Assembly (NCBI GenBank): GCA_020635905.1 | Contig: JACJYV010000005.1 | Location: 1,133 to 65,132, forward strand | Reading direction: 5' to 3' | Source: Bacteroidia bacterium | GTDB taxonomy: Bacteria > Bacteroidota > Bacteroidia > J057 > JADKCL01 | Length of the DNA stretch: 64,000 nt | In this document: positions 59,870 to 64,000 of the stretch, piece after piece | How positions within the stretch are numbered: position 1 is the first letter of the stretch | Layout of the letters: every line of letters begins with the position of its first letter | Translations under genes and position numbers: made by a program | Notes under the pieces: model-generated | Databases searched by the model: none | Seen by the model: the letters and a program-made list of their open reading frames with translations, nothing else | Told to the model about the DNA's origin: nothing

Positions 59870-60448
59870 ATGGCAAAGCAAAAATTAAAAATCATGCTTT
59901 CCTCGACCGTTTATCATTTCCAAACGGATATTGAGCAAATTTATGCCACTCTGACGGGTTATGGTTACAAGGTATTTTGCTCGCACATGGGAACCATTTA
60001 CAACGTTCCTGGCAAATCGCCAGAGGAGTCCTGCCTGCTTGCGGTTGAAGAATGTGATTTCTTTTTCGGGATCATTTTTCCCTTTTATGGCTCAGGAATT
60101 ACTCACAAGGAATTTAAAAAAGCCATTGATCTAAATAAGCCACGTGGATTTCTGGCCCATCACGATGTTGCTTTTGCAAGGCAACTATTGAATCAGTTTA
60201 TGAAAGACGAGCATGGGAACAAAACTGATTTTCGGTTAAAGAAAAAAACTGGGGTGATGGATGACCTGCGCGTAATTGACATGTATAATGACGCAGTTGG
60301 AGATGGCGAGCCCATGAGTAAGAGATTGTGGGCTCAGGAATTTTACAAATATCCTTTGGATGGTTCCACTTTCGTAGCCACCCAATTTGAGGACATCAAG
60401 AGATTCAGGGCAGACCTCCAAAAACTTAAACAGGAAAACCATGGATGA
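59870..60448 (+). CDS. DUF4062-domain protein (TIR-like / nucleoside 2-deoxyribosyltransferase-like Rossmannoid fold)
   Basis: KIMLSSTVYHFQTDIEQIYATLTGYGYKVFCSHMG…EESCLLAVEECDFFFGIIFPFYGSG matches the DUF4062 signature (vFISSTf.DL..eR..l...i...G..pv..E.f.a....e.c...i..cDiyigiig.rYGs). Confidence 0.55.
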   Translation: MAKQKLKIMLSSTVYHFQTDIEQIYATLTGYGYKVFCSHMGTIYNVPGKSPEESCLLAVEECDFFFGIIFPFYGSGITHKEFKKAIDLNKPRGFLAHHDVAFARQLLNQFMKDEHGNKTDFRLKKKTGVMDDLRVIDMYNDAVGDGEPMSKRLWAQEFYKYPLDGSTFVATQFEDIKRFRADLQKLKQENHG

Positions 60449-61967
60449 CGAGCAACTTTTAATGGAACTGCTTAAACAGGGAGAGAACGATCAACTGGAA
60501 TTTCTGAAAAGTATTTCCCGTGAATTGATTGGCCGTAATCTTTGCGCCCTGCTTAATGGAAATGGAGGCCGTATTGTGGTGGGAGTATCAGAAAATGGGG
60601 AAATTCTTGGAGTAAAAAATGCTGTCGCCCACAAAAATGAGATGCAAGATTATTTGCTTGATGCCCTTGTCCCCAACGCTCCTGTTTCAATAAGCGTAGA
60701 ATCTCTTGGTCAAAAAGATCTTCTGGTTTTCAAGGTTTGGCGAGGCTCCAAACCTCCTTATATATTTGATGGCAGCATCTATTTCAGACGGGCTGCCCAA
60801 ACTCAAAAAGCCACCAGCCGGGAAATTTCTTCCCTGATCCATGACAGAAAAATTTCTGAGCAACATTGGGAAAGACAAATTGCCCTTGGTGTTAGTTTGG
60901 AAGACCTTGATAAAAAATCAATTCTTGATACCATTCGCGAATCCTTTCGAAATAAAAGGAGCAAATTCAGTCAGGAGGATATATTAGAATTTCTGAACCT
61001 TTATGGATTGTATGCAAATGGAGCCTTCACAAACGCATGCGTATTGCTTTTTTGCAAAAACCCTGCAAAATTCCTGCCTCAGATCCGGGTCAGACTAACA
61101 GAATATTCTGAAGGAAAAACAGGAAATAACCTGATCAGAGATGAGCTTTTGGAAGGCAACCTTTTCACAATCCGCGCAGACCTTGAAAAATATGTTCAGG
61201 GAATGGGGGTTAGAAGTATTTTTGACAAAGGCCAATGGAAGCGCAATGATTTTACATTTCCTCAAAAAGCCTTGCAGGAAGGGATTATCAATGCTTTAAT
61301 TCATCGGGATTATAGTAGTTTTTCTGGCGGAATTTCCATTAGTGTGTACCCCGATCATATTATTATTTCAAACAGCGGTAAACTTCCCGATGAAATCAAA
61401 GTGAAGGATTTAAAAAAGAATCATAGCTCTTATCCCGTCAATCCTGACCTTGCCCATATCTTTTTCCTGCGTGGATACATTGATAAACTGGGAAGGGGAA
61501 CCCTTAAAGTCATTGAGGCATGCCAACAGGCCAGCTTAAAGACTCCTGAGTGGAAAGAAACTTCTGCTGGTGTATCCCTGACTTTCCACGGCCCTAAAAC
61601 AAACCCAGGCAAACGGGCAAAAGATGATGCCGTAAATGATGCCGTAAATGATGCTGTAAATGATGCTGTAAATGATGCTGTAAATGATGCTGTAAACCAC
61701 TTTATTACTGATGCTGTAAACGATGCCCTCAGTGATGCTGTAAATGATGCTGTAGCAGAAAGACTGATCAGGGAAGTGTTGCTGATCAAACAGGCAAAAG
61801 GAAAAAGCCTGAAAGAACTGATGCAAACATTTCAGGTTGCAAGAGCAACCATGCAGAGGGATTTGGCACTTTTAAAAAAGCACAAAATAATAATCTTTAA
61901 AGGCGCTCCCAAAACAGGTTTATACTTTCTAAAAAATGAGTTTAAGGAAAAAATTGATCAGCTATAA
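60441..61967 (+). CDS. Schlafen-like AlbA_2 + HATPase_c_4 ATPase with (DAVN)n linker and C-terminal winged-HTH
   Basis: N-terminus EQLLMELLKQGENDQLEFLKS…ALLNGNGGRIVVGVSENGEILGV (AlbA_2/Schlafen core). …ALIHRDYSSFSGGISISVYPDHIIISNSGKLP (HATPase_c_4). Repeat DAVNDAVNDAVN…. C-terminal HTH-like tail. The start at 60441 overlaps the upstream stop by 8 nt (ATGGATGA). Confidence 0.65.
   Translation: MDDEQLLMELLKQGENDQLEFLKSISRELIGRNLCALLNGNGGRIVVGVSENGEILGVKNAVAHKNEMQDYLLDALVPNAPVSISVESLGQKDLLVFKVWRGSKPPYIFDGSIYFRRAAQTQKATSREISSLIHDRKISEQHWERQIALGVSLEDLDKKSILDTIRESFRNKRSKFSQEDILEFLNLYGLYANGAFTNACVLLFCKNPAKFLPQIRVRLTEYSEGKTGNNLIRDELLEGNLFTIRADLEKYVQGMGVRSIFDKGQWKRNDFTFPQKALQEGIINALIHRDYSSFSGGISISVYPDHIIISNSGKLPDEIKVKDLKKNHSSYPVNPDLAHIFFLRGYIDKLGRGTLKVIEACQQASLKTPEWKETSAGVSLTFHGPKTNPGKRAKDDAVNDAVNDAVNDAVNDAVNDAVNHFITDAVNDALSDAVNDAVAERLIREVLLIKQAKGKSLKELMQTFQVARATMQRDLALLKKHKIIIFKGAPKTGLYFLKNEFKEKIDQL
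61618..61750 (+). repeat. in-frame 12-bp tandem repeat (gatgcYgtaaat)n encoding (DAVN)n
   Basis: gatgccgtaaat ×2 and gatgctgtaaat ×4 are perfectly tandem, followed by 3-4 degenerate copies. Confidence 0.85.
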
Positions 61968-62019
61968 AATGAGTCCGTAATTTCCCAAACCATGGTTGTT
62001 ATAAATAGTCATACCCAAG

Positions 62020-63060
62020 ATGTACTCAATCCTTAAACCCCTATTTTTCCTTTTCGATCCCGAAAAGATCCACCACTTCACCTTCAGGATGCTGCGCATC
62101 CTGTTCAGCCTGGGCCTGGGCGGCATATTCCGCGGCCTTTATAAGCCCAAAGCCAAAGGCCTCGAAAAGGAAATATTCGGGCTCAGGTTCCCCAATCCCA
62201 TTGGTCTGGCCGCCGGCTTTGACAAAGACGGCCTGCTGAATGGAGAATGGGAAAACCTCGGTTTTGGATTTGTGGAAATGGGCACCGTGACTCCGCTCCC
62301 CCAGGAAGGAAATCCCAAAAAGCGCCTCTTTCGCCTGCCCAAAGACCGGGCTCTTATCAACCGCATGGGCTTCAATAATAAGGGAGTCAATCACCTGGTG
62401 GAGCGGCTGAAAAAGGCGAAACGCCGCAACATCATCATTGGGGGCAACATTGGCAAAAACAAAATCACCCCCAACGAAAACGCCACAGATGACTATGTCA
62501 AATGCTTTGAGGCCCTTTTTCCCTATGTGGACTATTTTGTGGTGAATGTCAGTTCGCCCAACACCCCCGGCCTGCGTGAATTGCAGGAAAAAGAACCCCT
62601 GCAAAAACTGTTGCAAACCCTGCAGGAACTCAACCAGGCAAAGCCTGCACCCAAACCTCTGCTGCTCAAAATCGCCCCCGACCTGACCGAAGGTCAGCTG
62701 GAGGACATCGTGGAGATCGTGACCGCCGTAAAACTCGATGGCCTGGTGGCCACCAATACCACCATCAGCCGCGAAGGGCTGCAAACCCCCAAAAACGAAG
62801 TGGAAGCCATTGGCATGGGCGGCCTCAGCGGGGCGCCCCTCACCGCCCGCTCCCGCGAAGTGGTGGCCTGGCTGGCCCAAAAAACAGAGGGCAAACTGCC
62901 CATCATTGGCGTGGGCGGGGTCATGACCCCGGCCGATGCACAGGCCCTGCTACAGGCGGGAGCCTGGCTCGTACAGATCTACTCGGGTTTTGTCTATGGC
63001 GGCCCGGGTACCGCAAAGCGTATGTGCAGGGGACTGAGGACAAAAAACAACCCCAATTAA
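62020..63060 (+). CDS. pyrD: dihydroorotate dehydrogenase (quinone), class 2
   Basis: N-terminal membrane-association helix. …[25 protein letters not shown]…[10 protein letters not shown]…, catalytic Ser/Lys loop, and ...GGLSG/IGVGG FMN-binding motifs. Confidence 0.9.
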   Translation: MYSILKPLFFLFDPEKIHHFTFRMLRILFSLGLGGIFRGLYKPKAKGLEKEIFGLRFPNPIGLAAGFDKDGLLNGEWENLGFGFVEMGTVTPLPQEGNPKKRLFRLPKDRALINRMGFNNKGVNHLVERLKKAKRRNIIIGGNIGKNKITPNENATDDYVKCFEALFPYVDYFVVNVSSPNTPGLRELQEKEPLQKLLQTLQELNQAKPAPKPLLLKIAPDLTEGQLEDIVEIVTAVKLDGLVATNTTISREGLQTPKNEVEAIGMGGLSGAPLTARSREVVAWLAQKTEGKLPIIGVGGVMTPADAQALLQAGAWLVQIYSGFVYGGPGTAKRMCRGLRTKNNPN

Positions 63061-63427
63061 TCCTGTTTCAGCGAAAAATTAAACCAATCATTCCCGTTCC
63101 CGAAAATCTGGTCGAATTTGCCCGGCAAATTCCATTTTCAATCCTTTCCCGATTCAATCTCCTGCCCCTCTCAACTTTAGGGTGCTATTTCTCCGCGACC
63201 AAACTTTCCCCGAAAAACATTCTTCCCACGAAACACTTTTCCTTCAAAAAACGTCCAATATTTTACCTTCGGGTGTTCATAACCCGGCTTGAGGGGGGCA
63301 AAAAGCAAAGGTAAATTGCAGGTTAATTTAGAAATGAGTCTATAGTCCTGAGTCCTGAGTGTTAGCGACTTCAATAGCCAGGGTCCAACGACTAAATTCT
63401 AAGGATTCTTCTTTCTCAAAAAATAAA

Positions 63428-64000
63428 ATGGCGAAAGCAACCAATAGCCCCAAAAAGGCAAAAGAAAATAAGGAAACCACCCCACCCGAGGACAAAAAGA
63501 AAAGTCCCCCAAAGGGAAATTTTTCCAAAAACGTAAAACTTGGAATTGAATTTATCCGCTCAGAAAGAGCACGCAAAATCTTTGCCCTCAGCCTCATTCT
63601 GGCCAGCGTATTCCTCCTGATTTCTTTTATTTCCCACTTTTTTGCCGGCGCCAACGACCAGTCCGTGGTGGAAAACGGCCCCCTGGGAAATCCCAAAATG
63701 GAAACGCCTTCCAATTGGCTGGGTTCCGTGGGTGCCTGGTTTGGCTACAAATTTATTACCGCAGGATTTGGCATAACTGCCTTTCTGATCCCCTTTTTCA
63801 CCGCTTTGATCGGCCTGGCTTTGCTGGAGAAAAAATACTTCATCCTGGTAGGCATGGTGGCCAAATACGTAATTTTTTCCGTGCTTTGGGGCTCTGCCTT
63901 CTTCGCCTTCCTCACCCTGGTCCTGACCAATTCAAGCGGCGATCTCGGCGGCGGATTTGGAACTTTCATCAACGAATCCTTCTTCAATTACCTCGGCAAA
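63428..64000 (+). CDS. ftsK: DNA translocase FtsK, N-terminal membrane domain (3'-truncated by window edge)
   Basis: ORF open from ATG 63428 to the window end. Lys/Pro-rich N-tail, then 4 TM helices (…RARKIFALSLILASVFLLISFISHF…AWFGYKFITAGFGITAFLIPFFTALIGL…), typical of FtsK/SpoIIIE. Confidence 0.65.
   Translation, partial: MAKATNSPKKAKENKETTPPEDKKKSPPKGNFSKNVKLGIEFIRSERARKIFALSLILASVFLLISFISHFFAGANDQSVVENGPLGNPKMETPSNWLGSVGAWFGYKFITAGFGITAFLIPFFTALIGLALLEKKYFILVGMVAKYVIFSVLWGSAFFAFLTLVLTNSSGDLGGGFGTFINESFFNYLGK

Noticed and set aside
61618-61750. Possible CRISPR array or non-coding minisatellite
   Set aside because: 12-bp units without spacers, perfectly in frame within a long ORF, with recognisable domains on both sides.
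62041-62880. 279-aa - strand ORF
   Set aside because: Antisense to pyrD, which has unambiguous DHODH motifs on the + strand.
1-64000. tRNA/rRNA genes
   Set aside because: Scanned intergenic regions for T-loop (GTTCRANYC) and acceptor-stem-like patterns by eye and found none. A tRNAscan-SE/Infernal run is needed to be sure.

Overview
64 kb window from a Bacteroidota-type chromosome, inferred from T9SS/gliding genes (GldM, PorP/SprF, PorQ/PorV-like), T9SS C-terminal sorting domains, and a -strand lipoprotein and PhoD content. Housekeeping blocks alternate with accessory material. Housekeeping genes include cysE-cysK, pyrD, ftsK, a DEAD-box helicase, and an ECF sigma/anti-sigma pair. The accessory material is as follows. 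(i) An AT-rich 5' block (1-4400) encodes a MORC/Hsp90-like GHKL ATPase with a C-terminal HExxH, a DUF4365-like PD-(D/E)xK protein and an unknown partner, a putative defence island. (ii) Two decayed IS3-family copies lie in inverted orientation around a 118-bp array of 11-bp tandem repeats. (iii) A 1891-aa T9SS-secreted adhesin carries a C-type-lectin domain and about 9 near-identical 240-bp HYR repeats. (iv) A co-directional locus encodes NfeD-like, flotillin and a giant 1628-aa AAA_5 ATPase. It is followed by an AT-rich two-gene module: an AAA_21/ABC-type ATPase plus a 135-aa PD-(D/E)xK/RloB-like protein. (v) A translationally coupled DUF4062 (TIR-like) and Schlafen-like AlbA_2+HATPase_c_4 pair contains an in-frame 12-bp (DAVN)n microsatellite. 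Several GC-rich structured intergenic elements and recurring short 'stutter' motifs sit immediately after stop codons. No rRNA, tRNA or CRISPR was detected by eye. All domain calls are from motif recognition in the translated ORFs, not from database searches.
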